Assembly (NCBI GenBank): GCA_964612055.1
Contig: CAZTBI010000002.1
Coordinates: forward strand, 5,632 to 69,631
Length of the DNA: 64,000 nt
Reading direction: 5' to 3'
Source of the DNA: an uncultured Bdellovibrionales bacterium
GTDB lineage: Bacteria > Patescibacteriota > Minisyncoccia > Moranbacterales > UBA1568
Both the position numbers and the translations under genes were made by a program. A model generated the notes under the pieces. The model saw only the letters and a program-made list of their open reading frames with translations. It was not told where the DNA came from and did not search any database. The first letter of the stretch is position 1; every line of letters starts with the position of its first letter. Of the stretch, positions 28,259 through 38,873 are shown one piece after another.

Positions 28259-30721
28259 TTACAGAATCGTAAACGCCGCGACGCTATCTCCTGGTTGTGG
28301 CTTCATGACGCGCACTCCTTGAGTCACCCGACCAAGTTTCGGCACGCTCTTAAACGGAATACGGATGATGGTGCCTTTTGATGATGTCAGAATGAGATCG
28401 TCTTCGATATTGGCCATACTGACTACCTTGGCACCAATAAGCTTTCCCGTTTTCGGGGTGACCTTCATGGTCTTGATACCAGAACCACCACGCTTCTGAA
28501 CTTTATAGGATTTCAGTTCGCTCCGCTTTCCATAGCCGTTTTGGGAAAGAATGAGAAGTTCCAGGTCCTTGTTACCATTGCCAACCACATCCATACCGAC
28601 CAGAACATCAACATTCTTTAACTTGAGCCCACGTACTCCGGCAGCGTTACGTCCCATCGGACGGACATCGGATTCCTTGAAGCGGATAGCCTGACCATCA
28701 TTGGTGGTCAGTACCACTTCGTCACTTCCCGTCGTCGGCGAAACCCAACCCAAGGTATCACCCTTCTCAAGGGTGATAGCGATGAGACCACTGCGACGAA
28801 CATTTTCGAAATCCTCAAGCTTTGTTTTCTTGATCGTTCCTTTTTCTGTCGCCATGAACAAATACTTGAAGTCACTCCCCTTGTTGAGCGCGACCACCGC
28901 AGTAATTTTTTCTTCCTGGGAAAGTTGCAAAAAGTTCACAATCGCTTGGCCCTTCGACGTACGAGTTGATTCTGGGATTTCATAAGCTTTCGTCTGGAAG
29001 ACTTTGCCAGAATTGGTGAAGAACATGAGATTGTCATGCGTCTCAATCGTCAGCACCTTGGCAATCTTGTCTTCTTCTTTCGTTGTCGCACCGATAACCC
29101 CCTTGCCACCGCGCTTTTGCACACGGTAAACAGTCGGGTTCATACGCTTGATGTAGCCGTCTTCAGTGAGCGTGATAATAGCTTCTTCATTCGGAATCAA
29201 ATCTTCCTGACGGAATTCGCCAATCGCCCCTTTCACGACTTTGGTCCGACGCTCATCACCGAATTTTTCACGCACTTCGATCAACTCACTTTTCACCAGA
29301 GCTAAAATCTTTTTGCGATGCTTCAAGAGATCTTCGAGATACGCAATGAGTTTATATTTCTCTTCCAACTCATCTTCAATTTTCTTGCGTTCCAATCCGG
29401 CCAACGTCTGGAGACGCATCTCAAGAATAGCCGTGGCTTGTAATTCTGAAAGTTTGAATTTCTTTATCAAATTGACATGAGCCTCTTCTTTGGTCGCCGA
29501 TTTCTTGATGGTTTCGATAATGGCATCAATGTGATCAAGGGCAATTTTCAATCCTTCAAGAATATGAGCGCGATCTTTGGCTTTCTTCAAATCATGTTCC
29601 GTGCGACGCACGACGACAATCTCACGATGCTTGATGTAATGTTCGAGAATCGATTTCAGTGTCAGAATCTGCGGATCAACACCATCAACCAACGCCAGCA
29701 TATTGACGTTGAAATTTTTCTGCAGGTCCGTCATCTGATACAGCTGATTGAGCACCTTCTGAGGAAAAGCTTCCTTCTTCAAATCAATCACCACCCGCAC
29801 ACCATCCTTGTCGGATTCATCACGCAAGTCTTTGATACCAGGCAGCTTGTTTTCCTTGTACAGTTCCGCAATCTTCATGATGAGCGATGCCTTGTTGGTC
29901 GCATACGTCATCTCCGTCACCACAATCTGAAACATGCCTGACTTCATTTCCACAATCTCCGCTTTGGCTCGTGCCATGATAGGACCTTTACCGGTAGCGT
30001 AGGCTTCGCGGATATCTTTGGTATTGTAAATAATGCCACCCGTTGGAAAATCTGGACCCTTGATAAATTCCATAAGATCGTCCACCGTCGCTTCCGGATG
30101 ATCGATCAAGTGACAGATACCATCAATCAATTCATTCAAGTTGTGAGGAGGAATATTGGTCGCCATACCAACAGCGATACCAACCGTTCCGTTCAAAAGA
30201 AGTTGGGGCAACTTCGCCGGGAGTACCAACGGCTCTTCGTGCATGCCGTCAAAGTTTGGGACAAAATCAACCGTATCCTTATCAATATCAAGAAGCATTT
30301 CTTCGGCAATCGCTTTCAGCTTGGCCTCAGTATAACGATACGCGGCAGCACCATCACCATCCATGGAACCGAAGTTTCCCTGTCCCCAAATGAGCGGGTA
30401 GCGCAAAGAAAAATCCTGAGCCATACGAACCATCGTGTCGTAGACCGCTGTATCACCGTGCGGATGCCACTTCCCGAGTACTTCTCCGACAACCGTCGCC
30501 GATTTTCGAAACTTGGCCGTCGAACGGAGTCCAGTTGACCACATCGAATACAAAATGCGACGATGTACTGGTTTCAGACCGTCACGGACATCAGGCAGAG
30601 CACGCGCCACGATCACGCTCATGGCGTAATCGAGGTATGACTGACGCACCTCATCGGTAATCGATCGTAACTCGATCTTCCCATCGTGAAATTCTTTTTT
30701 CTCTTCTTTCTTTTCTGACAT
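28259..30721 (-). CDS. gyrA: DNA gyrase subunit A
   Basis: AMSVIVARALPDVRDGLKPVHRRILYSM active-site region, 820 aa, C-terminal beta-pinwheel repeats. Confidence 0.95.
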   Translation of the reverse strand: MSEKKEEKKEFHDGKIELRSITDEVRQSYLDYAMSVIVARALPDVRDGLKPVHRRILYSMWSTGLRSTAKFRKSATVVGEVLGKWHPHGDTAVYDTMVRMAQDFSLRYPLIWGQGNFGSMDGDGAAAYRYTEAKLKAIAEEMLLDIDKDTVDFVPNFDGMHEEPLVLPAKLPQLLLNGTVGIAVGMATNIPPHNLNELIDGICHLIDHPEATVDDLMEFIKGPDFPTGGIIYNTKDIREAYATGKGPIMARAKAEIVEMKSGMFQIVVTEMTYATNKASLIMKIAELYKENKLPGIKDLRDESDKDGVRVVIDLKKEAFPQKVLNQLYQMTDLQKNFNVNMLALVDGVDPQILTLKSILEHYIKHREIVVVRRTEHDLKKAKDRAHILEGLKIALDHIDAIIETIKKSATKEEAHVNLIKKFKLSELQATAILEMRLQTLAGLERKKIEDELEEKYKLIAYLEDLLKHRKKILALVKSELIEVREKFGDERRTKVVKGAIGEFRQEDLIPNEEAIITLTEDGYIKRMNPTVYRVQKRGGKGVIGATTKEEDKIAKVLTIETHDNLMFFTNSGKVFQTKAYEIPESTRTSKGQAIVNFLQLSQEEKITAVVALNKGSDFKYLFMATEKGTIKKTKLEDFENVRRSGLIAITLEKGDTLGWVSPTTGSDEVVLTTNDGQAIRFKESDVRPMGRNAAGVRGLKLKNVDVLVGMDVVGNGNKDLELLILSQNGYGKRSELKSYKVQKRGGSGIKTMKVTPKTGKLIGAKVVSMANIEDDLILTSSKGTIIRIPFKSVPKLGRVTQGVRVMKPQPGDSVAAFTIL

Positions 30722-30739
30722 ACGGAAATATATCTTTAC

Positions 30740-31087
30740 TTATTTGGCTCCCGGAGTCACTCCCTCACTTTGTACTGTACCGCTCCGCCCATCTAACTGT
30801 TGCTCAAAAAATTCACTCCCCCCAACACCCTGCCCATCAACCTTCAGTGGCGCTGCCTGCTCGAAGAGGTCGTTCAGTGATGGCGCACCGCCGGTCAGCC
30901 CCTTCCCTCGTTCAAGAGCTTTCGGAACATCCTGCGCCGCAGTTGTCACGCTGTCTTGTACCGAAAGGAGCCAGATACCAAAAATAAGAAGCATGGAAAA
31001 CGAAACGCAAATCACGACATAGCGCCTGCGAATATGTTCGGGTTCCTGACGTGCTGCTTCAATTTTTCTCTGAAGAGAAAATTCCAT
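30740..31087 (-). CDS. hypothetical small membrane-anchored protein
   Basis: Start at MEFSLQRKIEAARQEP fits directly after the upstream gene stop; single TM VVICVSFSMLLIFGIWLL. Confidence 0.4.
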   Translation of the reverse strand: MEFSLQRKIEAARQEPEHIRRRYVVICVSFSMLLIFGIWLLSVQDSVTTAAQDVPKALERGKGLTGGAPSLNDLFEQAAPLKVDGQGVGGSEFFEQQLDGRSGTVQSEGVTPGAK

Positions 31088-31097
31088 GATAATGCTG

Positions 31098-31763
31098 TTA
31101 TGCCCCTCTTTCAAGCAGTACGACTTCGAGCTGCTTCCCTTCCATTTCTTTTTTCTTGATGTTGAACTTCGGGAGAGTTTCCTTTGGACAATTTCCAATG
31201 GTATCACAGAAAGCTTTTTCTGTTTCCAGTGACAAAGTCAGTCCAGGAATCTTATAATGCATCGGAATAATAATTTTTGGCTCGATTTTTCGTACCAGCT
31301 CAGCTGCGAGTTTTGCATCGAGCGTATCACTACCCCCAACTGGAACAAAAAGGATATCGACGCCATTCAATTTATCAAGTATGTCTGGTGAGAGATCGTG
31401 CCCCAGAGCACCCAAGAAAGCCACGTGAATATCTTCACTTTCAAAAGCAAAGAGGGTGTTCTGTCCACGTTCCGCCCCTTCTTTGTTATCACGAAACGCT
31501 GGAAAACCAAGAGCCGCAATACCTTTGGCTGAATATTCCCCTGGCGCATCAATCACGGCCGGCTCACCCTTCAAGCTCTCCTTCACAGCTTCGGTATTGC
31601 CATGAGTGAGAAAAACGATATCGGCTTGACCCTGAGGTGCTCGCAGTCCGGAACCTTTTTCTAAAAGATCAGTCCAAATGATGACATCTTCCGTGGCCCG
31701 ACCCGCTGGCTTAGTGCTGATTTTGAAACAATAATCTCCGTAATACTGGATATTCATAGCCAC
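31098..31763 (-). CDS. metallo-beta-lactamase-fold hydrolase (UlaG/MBL-like)
   Basis: 221 aa; QADIVFLTHGNTEAV and ...HVAFLGALGHDLSPD consistent with MBL-fold His motifs. Confidence 0.55.
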   Translation of the reverse strand: MAMNIQYYGDYCFKISTKPAGRATEDVIIWTDLLEKGSGLRAPQGQADIVFLTHGNTEAVKESLKGEPAVIDAPGEYSAKGIAALGFPAFRDNKEGAERGQNTLFAFESEDIHVAFLGALGHDLSPDILDKLNGVDILFVPVGGSDTLDAKLAAELVRKIEPKIIIPMHYKIPGLTLSLETEKAFCDTIGNCPKETLPKFNIKKKEMEGKQLEVVLLERGA

Positions 31764-31907
31764 TTTTTTCCTTTACAATACATCTATAGTAGCAGAACTT
31801 CTCCTCCCTTACAAGGCTTATTTCTGTCACTTTTTCACTCAGTTTTCAAAAAAAACGACTAAAATAATTCAATAGCGCCACCTCATCCTCTCTGACTTCT
31901 CTGGGGG

Positions 31908-31936
31908 TTGCATAAATCCCTGTTCTGCGCTAGAAT
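31908..31936 (+). promoter_or_regulatory. sigma-70-like promoter TTGCAT-N17-TAGAAT upstream of rpsA leader
   Basis: -35 TTGCAT at 31908-31913, 17-nt spacer, -10 TAGAAT at 31931-31936. Confidence 0.45.
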
Positions 31937-32125
31937 CAGTTGCAGCTTCATTTGAGGCTACCCGGCTAATTGGTTAACACAACTGAATACGAGGAGCTCT
32001 ATCCTCGCTTTCTCCCGTTTTCCAAGGCGCCGTTTCGGTGTTTTTTCTTTTTTTCAAGCCAATTTTAGCGCCTTTTTAATATTAATATACGAGTCCAGGC
32101 GTTCTCGTCTCATCACAATAATCCT

Positions 32126-33292
32126 ATGTCACAAACCCCTGAAGAAGCAGTTGTTTCCCCAATGGAAGCCCTGCTCGCTCAACATGTCGTTGAAATACCA
32201 GAAGTGGGAGATGTCATCCCTGGTACTGTCATGCACGTCGCCCCAAGTTATGCCTTGATAGATCTCGGACCGCTTGGTACCGGTATTGTTTTGGGCAAAG
32301 AAATGCGTGACGGCCTCGGCCCTGAGGGGAAACTCAAGGTTGGAACCACTGTCACCGCCACTCTCATGAGTTATGAGAATGAAGATGGCTACATTGAACT
32401 TTCCATCCGTGAAGCCTCCTACGAGAAGTCCTGGGAAGACATCGAACACAAGCTCACCAACCGTGAAGTAGTGGCTACCAAGGTATCTGAAGCCAACAAA
32501 GGCGGTCTCATGGTAGAAATAAACGGTATTGTCGGCTTTTTGCCAGTCTCCCAGCTCGCCAGTGAACACTACCCTCGCGTGGAAGATGGCGACAAGAACA
32601 AGATTCTTGACCTTCTGAAGAAGCTGATCGGCCAGGAAATTCAGGTCCGTATCCTTGATGCCGATCGCGAGAGCGAGAAGCTCATCGTCTCAGAAAAGGC
32701 TGCTCAGAGCGAAAAAGAGCGTGAACTGATCAATCTCCTCAAAGTCGGTGACGTCGTAGAAGGTGAAGTCAGCGGTGTTGTTGATTTCGGTGCCTTCGTG
32801 AAATTCGCCCCTCCCGTTCGTGAAGATGGCAAGAAGCCAAGCGAGAAGCTCGAGGGTCTGGTTCATATTTCCGAATTGGCCTGGCAGCTTATCGATGATC
32901 CTCGTGAAATGATCAAGACCGGCGACTCGGTCGTTGCCAAGATCATCGGCATTGAAGAAACCCGTATCTCCCTCTCCATGAAGGCCTTGAAGAAGGATCC
33001 GTGGGATGCCGTTCTTGAAAAGTATAAGGTGGGCGATGTCGTTTCTGGCAAAGTCGACAAGATCAATCACTTCGGTGCCTTCGTCTACCTCGACAAGGAC
33101 ATTCACGGCCTGGCCCATGTCAGCGAATTCCAAGAAGTCTACCCAAACAAGAAGATCGAAGAGGTCTTCAAGGAAGGCGAGACCTACACTTGGAATATTC
33201 TCTCCATCGAGCCAAAGAGCCATCGTATGGGACTCCTCCCGGTAAAAGATAAGGCTACTCCTAAAGTCGCCAAGGAAGAAGCTACCGCGTAA
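32126..33292 (+). CDS. rpsA: 30S ribosomal protein S1 (short, 4 S1-domain form)
   Basis: Repeated S1 domains (GDVVEGEVSGVVDFGAFVKF, GDVVSGKVDKINHFGAFVYL), 388 aa. Confidence 0.85.
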   Translation: MSQTPEEAVVSPMEALLAQHVVEIPEVGDVIPGTVMHVAPSYALIDLGPLGTGIVLGKEMRDGLGPEGKLKVGTTVTATLMSYENEDGYIELSIREASYEKSWEDIEHKLTNREVVATKVSEANKGGLMVEINGIVGFLPVSQLASEHYPRVEDGDKNKILDLLKKLIGQEIQVRILDADRESEKLIVSEKAAQSEKERELINLLKVGDVVEGEVSGVVDFGAFVKFAPPVREDGKKPSEKLEGLVHISELAWQLIDDPREMIKTGDSVVAKIIGIEETRISLSMKALKKDPWDAVLEKYKVGDVVSGKVDKINHFGAFVYLDKDIHGLAHVSEFQEVYPNKKIEEVFKEGETYTWNILSIEPKSHRMGLLPVKDKATPKVAKEEATA

Positions 33293-33303
33293 AACTAAAA
33301 ACA

Positions 33304-33336
33304 TCCTGCTCTGTCAGGATGTTTTTGTAATAAATA
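33304..33336 (+). terminator. rho-independent terminator after rpsA
   Basis: AACATCCTG(ctctgt)CAGGATGTT followed by TTTGTAATAAAT. Confidence 0.55.
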
Positions 33337-33351
33337 ATAGGGGCATTCTCT

Positions 33352-33921
33352 ATGACGAGTTTCAAAAATATATTTATTATTTATGGACCATCAGGATCTG
33401 GCCAAGATTCTGTCATAGAAGGTGTTGCGGAACAAATAGCCATAGAAAGGGTTATCACAACGGTCACGCGACCGATGCGATCCACAGAATCACAGGGACA
33501 CCCCTACTATTTCATCTCTCGCGAAGAGTTCGAGAAGGAAATAAAGCAAAGCTCTCTCTTGGAGTATGTCGAAAAATATCTCGGCGTATATTATGGGGTG
33601 ACGACAAAAGAAGTAGAACGCATTGCAAAGAGTGGAAAAGTAGGAATTTGGAAAGTGGATTTCGAGGGAGCGCGCAATCTCAAGCAACGCTTCCCAGAAC
33701 TCACTGTCATTTTTATTAACGCCCATCTTGATATCATTGAGGAGAGGTTGCGCAAACGCGGTGATATAACAGAAGAAGATCTCCAAGCAAGATTGAGTCA
33801 CATACGTGAATGGCTTCCTAAAAAGACCTATGACTATAAAGTTGAAAATGAGGAAGGAAAACTCGACCAAACGATCGAACACGTTGCCCGCATCATCAAA
33901 GAGCATACTGAGAAAAAATAG
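33352..33921 (+). CDS. gmk: guanylate kinase
   Basis: P-loop GPSGSGQDS, TTVTRPMRSTESQGHPYYFISREEFEKEI guanylate-kinase signature region, 189 aa. Confidence 0.7.
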   Translation: MTSFKNIFIIYGPSGSGQDSVIEGVAEQIAIERVITTVTRPMRSTESQGHPYYFISREEFEKEIKQSSLLEYVEKYLGVYYGVTTKEVERIAKSGKVGIWKVDFEGARNLKQRFPELTVIFINAHLDIIEERLRKRGDITEEDLQARLSHIREWLPKKTYDYKVENEEGKLDQTIEHVARIIKEHTEKK

Positions 33922-33940
33922 CTCCGACATCACTCCTTTT

Positions 33941-34885
33941 GTGCGGGCCTTTTTGAAGCGTGTCCAGAACACCGTCACCACAGAGAGTCTCTGGGGGAAG
34001 AAAGAACACTTCATCATCGCCGTCTCTGGTGGGGCGGACAGCCTGTGCCTCCTCGATGTTCTCTTCCTCCTTTCGAAAAAGTACGATTTTAAGCTTCATA
34101 TCGCCCACGTCAATTACCGTCTACGCCAAGAAGACTCCGCCCTCGACGAAGCTTTGGTGCGGGAACGGGCCGCTTTTTATAAGCTCCCCTTGACCGTGCT
34201 TCATCCGAAAAAAACCACGTCTTCCAACCTTGAAGAGAAGCTCCGTGATATTCGCTATCATTTTCTGGAAACCGTCCGAAAAAAAGAGCAGGCCACTCTC
34301 ATTGCCGTCGCTCACCACGAAGATGACCAGGCAGAAACTTTTCTTCTCCGCCTGCTCCGCGGGTCTGGCATGACTGGTCTTTCCGCTATGCGACCAAAGC
34401 ATGGATATATCATCCGCCCTCTCATCAAAGTAAGTCGCCAGGATATCCTCCGTTACCTCAAAGAACGCAACATCGCCTATCGGACAGACGGCAGTAACGG
34501 CGATCAAAAATTTTTACGAAACCGCCTGCGCCACGAACTCCTCCCCCTCTTAGAAAAAGAGTACCAACCGAAAGTACGAAAAATTCTGGCTGATACCGCC
34601 GCGCTCCTCGCCTCAGACTATGCCATACTCGAAACATTGTCCTCACCTCATACTGATACGAAAGAATTCTCAGTTCAAGTACTCCTCGCCCTACCAGAGC
34701 CAGTCCTCAAAACAAGACTCCGTTTCCTCCTCAAGCCCTACTATAAAGGTAAGGCTGCCCCAAAGGGACTTATCGAAGAGATTCTGAAGCTTCTCAAAAG
34801 CCGCAAAGGGAAGATTCAGACCCTCTCCTTCCGAGGGTTGAAGATCGAGCGGAAAGGTGATACAGTGAGACTACTCAATTTTTAA
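33941..34885 (+). CDS. tilS: tRNA(Ile)-lysidine synthetase
   Basis: PP-loop IIAVSGGADSLCLLDVL, HVNYRLRQEDS; ORF-track ORF begins at 33806 inside gmk, so a GTG start at 33941 (28 aa before SGGADS) is proposed; ATG at 33848 is the alternative. Confidence 0.75.
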   Translation: MRAFLKRVQNTVTTESLWGKKEHFIIAVSGGADSLCLLDVLFLLSKKYDFKLHIAHVNYRLRQEDSALDEALVRERAAFYKLPLTVLHPKKTTSSNLEEKLRDIRYHFLETVRKKEQATLIAVAHHEDDQAETFLLRLLRGSGMTGLSAMRPKHGYIIRPLIKVSRQDILRYLKERNIAYRTDGSNGDQKFLRNRLRHELLPLLEKEYQPKVRKILADTAALLASDYAILETLSSPHTDTKEFSVQVLLALPEPVLKTRLRFLLKPYYKGKAAPKGLIEEILKLLKSRKGKIQTLSFRGLKIERKGDTVRLLNF

Positions 34886-34914
34886 TTCTAACCCTTTATT
34901 GTTATAAGAAACCT

Positions 34915-36744
34915 ATGGAAAAAATGCTCAAAAATCTCTCGACGCTCATCCTGTTCTTCCTTTTGATTTCCGGTATTGTCATCCTCTACCAGTCACCCGA
35001 AGCTAAACCGACCGAGGTTTCCTTAAATGAGCTCGTGACCCAGATCAATCAAGGACAGGTCAAGGAAATTATCGTCAAAAACAACGAGCTCTCAATTGAG
35101 CTTCAGGATGGGAAAAAGGAGAAGGCTGGGAAAGAGCCAGAAAGCTCTCTTTCTGAAACCTTCAACAACTACGGTATCGATAAAGAAAAGTTGAAGGGTG
35201 TGACCATGACCATTACCGAAGATTCCGGTTTCAGTTTTTGGCTGACCGCTCTTCTGCCATTCCTCCTCCCCTTCATTCTGATCTCGGCCTTTATCTGGTT
35301 CATGATGCGCCAGGCACAACGTGGCAACTCTCAGGCATTGTCTTTTGGGATGAGTCGCGCGCGCATGCTTGACCCCAAAGACAAGAAAAAGCGCATTATG
35401 TTCGCCGATGTTGCTGGTGCCATAGAAGCCAAAACAGAGCTCGAAGAAGTAGTTGAATTTCTGAAGCATCCGAAAAAGTTCCTGAATATGGGAGCAAAGA
35501 TTCCAAAGGGCGTTCTTCTCCTCGGCCCTCCAGGGACCGGAAAGACTTTGATGGCCAAAGCCGTAGCCGGTGAAGCAGGCGTCCCTTTCTTCAATATTAG
35601 CGGGAGTGAGTTTGTGGAGATGTTTGTCGGCGTCGGAGCCAGTCGTGTTCGTGATCTCTTTAAACAAGCCAAGAAAAATGCTCCGGCCATCGTCTTTATC
35701 GACGAAATTGATGCTGTCGGTCGTCATCGTGGCGCTGGTCTTGGAGGTGGACACGATGAACGCGAGCAGACCTTAAACCAGATCTTGGTTGAAATGGATG
35801 GCTTCGAAACAGATACTTCGGTCATCGTTATTGCTTCCACCAACCGTCCTGATGTACTCGATCCGGCACTCCTTCGTCCTGGACGCTTTGACCGCCGCGT
35901 CACGATGGATCTTCCAGATATCAATGAACGTGAACAAATCTTAGCGATCCATGTCAAAAATAAGCCCATTGAAGAAGTAGTGCGCATGCGTACCATCGCC
36001 GAACGTACCCCAGGATTCTCTGGCGCTGATCTCGCTAACTTGGTAAATGAGGCCGCCATTCTCGCTACCAGACGCAACAAGAAAACGATTGGTATGGGAG
36101 AGCTCACTGAGTCTATTGAAAAAGTCATCCTTGGTCCAGAACGTCGCAGTCGCGTCATCAACAAGAAAGAGAAGGAAATCGTGGCTTACCACGAAGGTGG
36201 TCACGCCCTAGTCGGAGCCAGCCTCCCGAATGCTGATCCGGTGCACAAGGTTTCTATTATCTCGCGCGGACATGCTGGTGGCTATACCCTTTCCGTTCCG
36301 GATGAAGACAAGAGCCTCCATTCTCATGCCTACTTCCTCGATGAACTGGCTGTTTTCTTAGGTGGCTATGCCAGTGAGAAGCTCGTCTTTGGTGATATTA
36401 CGACCGGCCCCTCCAATGATCTCGAACGCGCCACCTCTATGGCGAGAAGCATGGTCACTCGCTACGGCATGAGCCGTCTTGGCGCTCGAACTTTCGGCAA
36501 GAAAGAAGAGCTCGTTTTCTTGGGACGCGAGATGCACGAAGAACGAAATTATTCTGAAAAAACTGCTCAGGATATTGATATCGAGGTCACACACTATATC
36601 GATGAGGCCTTCAAGCGCGCTACTGCTATTCTGACTGAAAAGCGCGCCACCCTAAATGCCATCGCGGCGGCACTGCTCGAGAAAGAAACTCTTGAAAAAG
36701 ATGAGTTCGCCGCTCTTGTCAAAAGCTTCTCTCCTACAGCATAA
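34915..36744 (+). CDS. ftsH: ATP-dependent zinc metalloprotease FtsH
   Basis: N-terminal TM, AAA Walker [19 protein letters not shown] zinc motif, 609 aa. Confidence 0.95.
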   Translation: MEKMLKNLSTLILFFLLISGIVILYQSPEAKPTEVSLNELVTQINQGQVKEIIVKNNELSIELQDGKKEKAGKEPESSLSETFNNYGIDKEKLKGVTMTITEDSGFSFWLTALLPFLLPFILISAFIWFMMRQAQRGNSQALSFGMSRARMLDPKDKKKRIMFADVAGAIEAKTELEEVVEFLKHPKKFLNMGAKIPKGVLLLGPPGTGKTLMAKAVAGEAGVPFFNISGSEFVEMFVGVGASRVRDLFKQAKKNAPAIVFIDEIDAVGRHRGAGLGGGHDEREQTLNQILVEMDGFETDTSVIVIASTNRPDVLDPALLRPGRFDRRVTMDLPDINEREQILAIHVKNKPIEEVVRMRTIAERTPGFSGADLANLVNEAAILATRRNKKTIGMGELTESIEKVILGPERRSRVINKKEKEIVAYHEGGHALVGASLPNADPVHKVSIISRGHAGGYTLSVPDEDKSLHSHAYFLDELAVFLGGYASEKLVFGDITTGPSNDLERATSMARSMVTRYGMSRLGARTFGKKEELVFLGREMHEERNYSEKTAQDIDIEVTHYIDEAFKRATAILTEKRATLNAIAAALLEKETLEKDEFAALVKSFSPTA

Positions 36745-36753
36745 GACGCAACT

Positions 36754-37662
36754 TTGTTTGCGATCGATCATCCCCTCTCCGTTATGGAAAAAATTTCGTT
36801 TTTCGAAATTCTGAAAGAAAGCTGGGATACGTCTTTTTCACGTACCAGCTTTCTTTTCTTTGGTTTTTTCATTGCTCTCCCTCTTGCTGTACAAACTATT
36901 GCCCTACCCGATACCTCTCTACCACAAACAGCGCTCCTGGAAAAAGCCGCTCGCCATCCCCTCCTGACACTTCTACTCATCAGCTCTTTCTTTGTCTTCA
37001 AGCTCTTCGGAAAAAGCAACCTCATCACTACTCTTCATCAAAACACCGAGAAAAATAAGCGTGCCGAAAAAAAGAATCCTTTCTTTCAGGAAGCTTCAAG
37101 AAATTTTAAAAAGGCTTTCCTCCTTGATATCACTCTCGCACTTTTCTTTCTCATCCTCTTCTTCGTTCTCGCCCTTCCTTCACTCATTTCCTTCTTCACC
37201 TTTGGTACCATTCCAGAAACACTCCTTGTCTTGAGTGCGCTCATTTTGATACCCGTCGTTATTATTAGCTTCTTTGTGAGAGAGTTTTCTTTTTTCTATT
37301 TTCTTCTCTCTCCCCTTCGCCTCAAGGCCTCCTTCGAAGCAGGCGCTACTCTGTTCACAAAAAAAAGAAACCTCTGCCTTGCTTTTGGTCTTTTTGCCCT
37401 CCTCCAGACCCTCCTCTTTACTTTTTTTCTGAACCTGGCTATGCTAGGTATTGTCGCACTTTCACAAAAAGTAACCCCTTTCCTCCCAGAAACGGTACTC
37501 CTTTTCTCTGGAACACTCCTTTCCCTCACTTGGTACGAGGTTTTCAAGCAAGCTCTGTGGTTGAATTTTTTCAAACGTTTAGCTACCCCAAAAAATCCAG
37601 TGGCCAAAGAAGTAACCGATGTTCTCTTCAAAGAAAAAGTTTCTGAAATTCCCTCGGCGTAA
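36754..37662 (+). CDS. hypothetical polytopic membrane protein
   Basis: 302 aa, 6 or more hydrophobic segments, no recognisable motif. Confidence 0.5.
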   Translation: MFAIDHPLSVMEKISFFEILKESWDTSFSRTSFLFFGFFIALPLAVQTIALPDTSLPQTALLEKAARHPLLTLLLISSFFVFKLFGKSNLITTLHQNTEKNKRAEKKNPFFQEASRNFKKAFLLDITLALFFLILFFVLALPSLISFFTFGTIPETLLVLSALILIPVVIISFFVREFSFFYFLLSPLRLKASFEAGATLFTKKRNLCLAFGLFALLQTLLFTFFLNLAMLGIVALSQKVTPFLPETVLLFSGTLLSLTWYEVFKQALWLNFFKRLATPKNPVAKEVTDVLFKEKVSEIPSA

Positions 37663-37667
37663 TATAT

Positions 37668-37741
37668 GGGTCTGTAGCTCAGTTGGTTAGAGCGCTACAT
37701 TGACATTGTAGAGGTCTCCAGTTCGAATCTGGACAGACCCA
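37668..37741 (+). tRNA. tRNA-Val (anticodon GAC)
   Basis: Acceptor GGGTCTG/CAGACCC, anticodon stem CTACA/TGTAG with loop TTGACAT, T-loop TTCGAAT, 74 nt. Confidence 0.85.
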
Positions 37742-37756
37742 CCCTCAAAAAGAAAA

Positions 37757-37786
37757 ATCCCCGAACATTTCGGGGATTTTTTCTGG
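37757..37786. terminator. bidirectional hairpin terminator
   Basis: ATCCCCGAA(cattt)CGGGGAT flanked by A-run upstream and T-run downstream. Confidence 0.55.
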
Positions 37787-37795
37787 CCTGAAACA

Positions 37796-38869
37796 TTAGT
37801 AGCCGCCATCAGGACCATTGGCTGGTGGTGGTGGTTTAGTATACGGCCTGACATAGACATCAGTTTTCTGACTCACTTCACTGGTAAACTGCGCTGCTGG
37901 ACCAAGAGCCCGATTCGCCTGATCAAGCGCTCCTACTACTTTGTTATCCACACTGTCGATACCTCTTTGAATGTTTGCTTGCACCTGTCCCACTCCTCGC
38001 TGAACCAAACTACTCACCGTCTTATTGACCAAAGCTCCAACGACCCCAGAAAGAAATTCCCCGGGATTTTCAGCAGCGGCAATTAAATTGTTACCAATAT
38101 TCTGGACATTGACCGTCATCGCTTCAATAGTAGCAGCTGGCGCAATGGTCATGCCATTTTTTTCAGGACCGACAAAACCAGAGGACTGCGCCTTCGTTCG
38201 GGCGGCATCCTGTTCCTGAGCCAGCCTCTCTGCATACACTCCCTGAGCAACCAGTTCGTATCCAAAAGGATTATTCATCGGATTGGAGAAGAAGGCGTTG
38301 AAACCACGCCAATCCCCCTCCTGAAACATACGCTCCGGATTATCAGCATATTGATCCAGATCGTACTCGAAATAAGATTGGGTGCCGGAATAAAAGACAC
38401 CGATCGAGTTTTCAGCGCGCGATCTCAGATATCCCGCATAATTTCCAGAAACATTTCCCGCAACGTCACCAATTCCAACATAGTTCGCCGAAGCATATTT
38501 ACCACGTGTCGTCAGAGTAAAGAAATCATTCATGAACAGCTTCGTCTTCTCTGCTGGCGTATTGTACAAAAAATCTCCCCAATCAGTAATAAAGAGCGCG
38601 TCACCCACTGACGACCCACCAACCATCTGCGCCACTTTACTATTAAGGATTTTAATAGCAGCTACCTTGAGCGTTCCTAAGATAGCGCCTTCAATCTGAC
38701 GCTTAATAACATCGAGCGTCTGCCCTAACAGTTCAGACGCAATCGATTCTCCCCACACACCAGCCCGTACTGGCGCAGCTGAAAAAAGGATATTGAAAAC
38801 AAAAACGAATAGAAAGAAACCTCGAAGAAAAGATTTTTCAGAGAAATTTTTCAGAGAAAAGACGCGCAT
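37796..38869 (-). CDS. hypothetical secreted protein (signal peptide, Gly/Asn/Ala-rich, C-terminal PPPPANGPDGGY)
   Basis: 357 aa; N-terminal FFLFVFVFNILFSAAPVRA signal peptide. Confidence 0.5.
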   Translation of the reverse strand: MRVFSLKNFSEKSFLRGFFLFVFVFNILFSAAPVRAGVWGESIASELLGQTLDVIKRQIEGAILGTLKVAAIKILNSKVAQMVGGSSVGDALFITDWGDFLYNTPAEKTKLFMNDFFTLTTRGKYASANYVGIGDVAGNVSGNYAGYLRSRAENSIGVFYSGTQSYFEYDLDQYADNPERMFQEGDWRGFNAFFSNPMNNPFGYELVAQGVYAERLAQEQDAARTKAQSSGFVGPEKNGMTIAPAATIEAMTVNVQNIGNNLIAAAENPGEFLSGVVGALVNKTVSSLVQRGVGQVQANIQRGIDSVDNKVVGALDQANRALGPAAQFTSEVSQKTDVYVRPYTKPPPPANGPDGGY

Positions 38870-38873
38870 AAAA

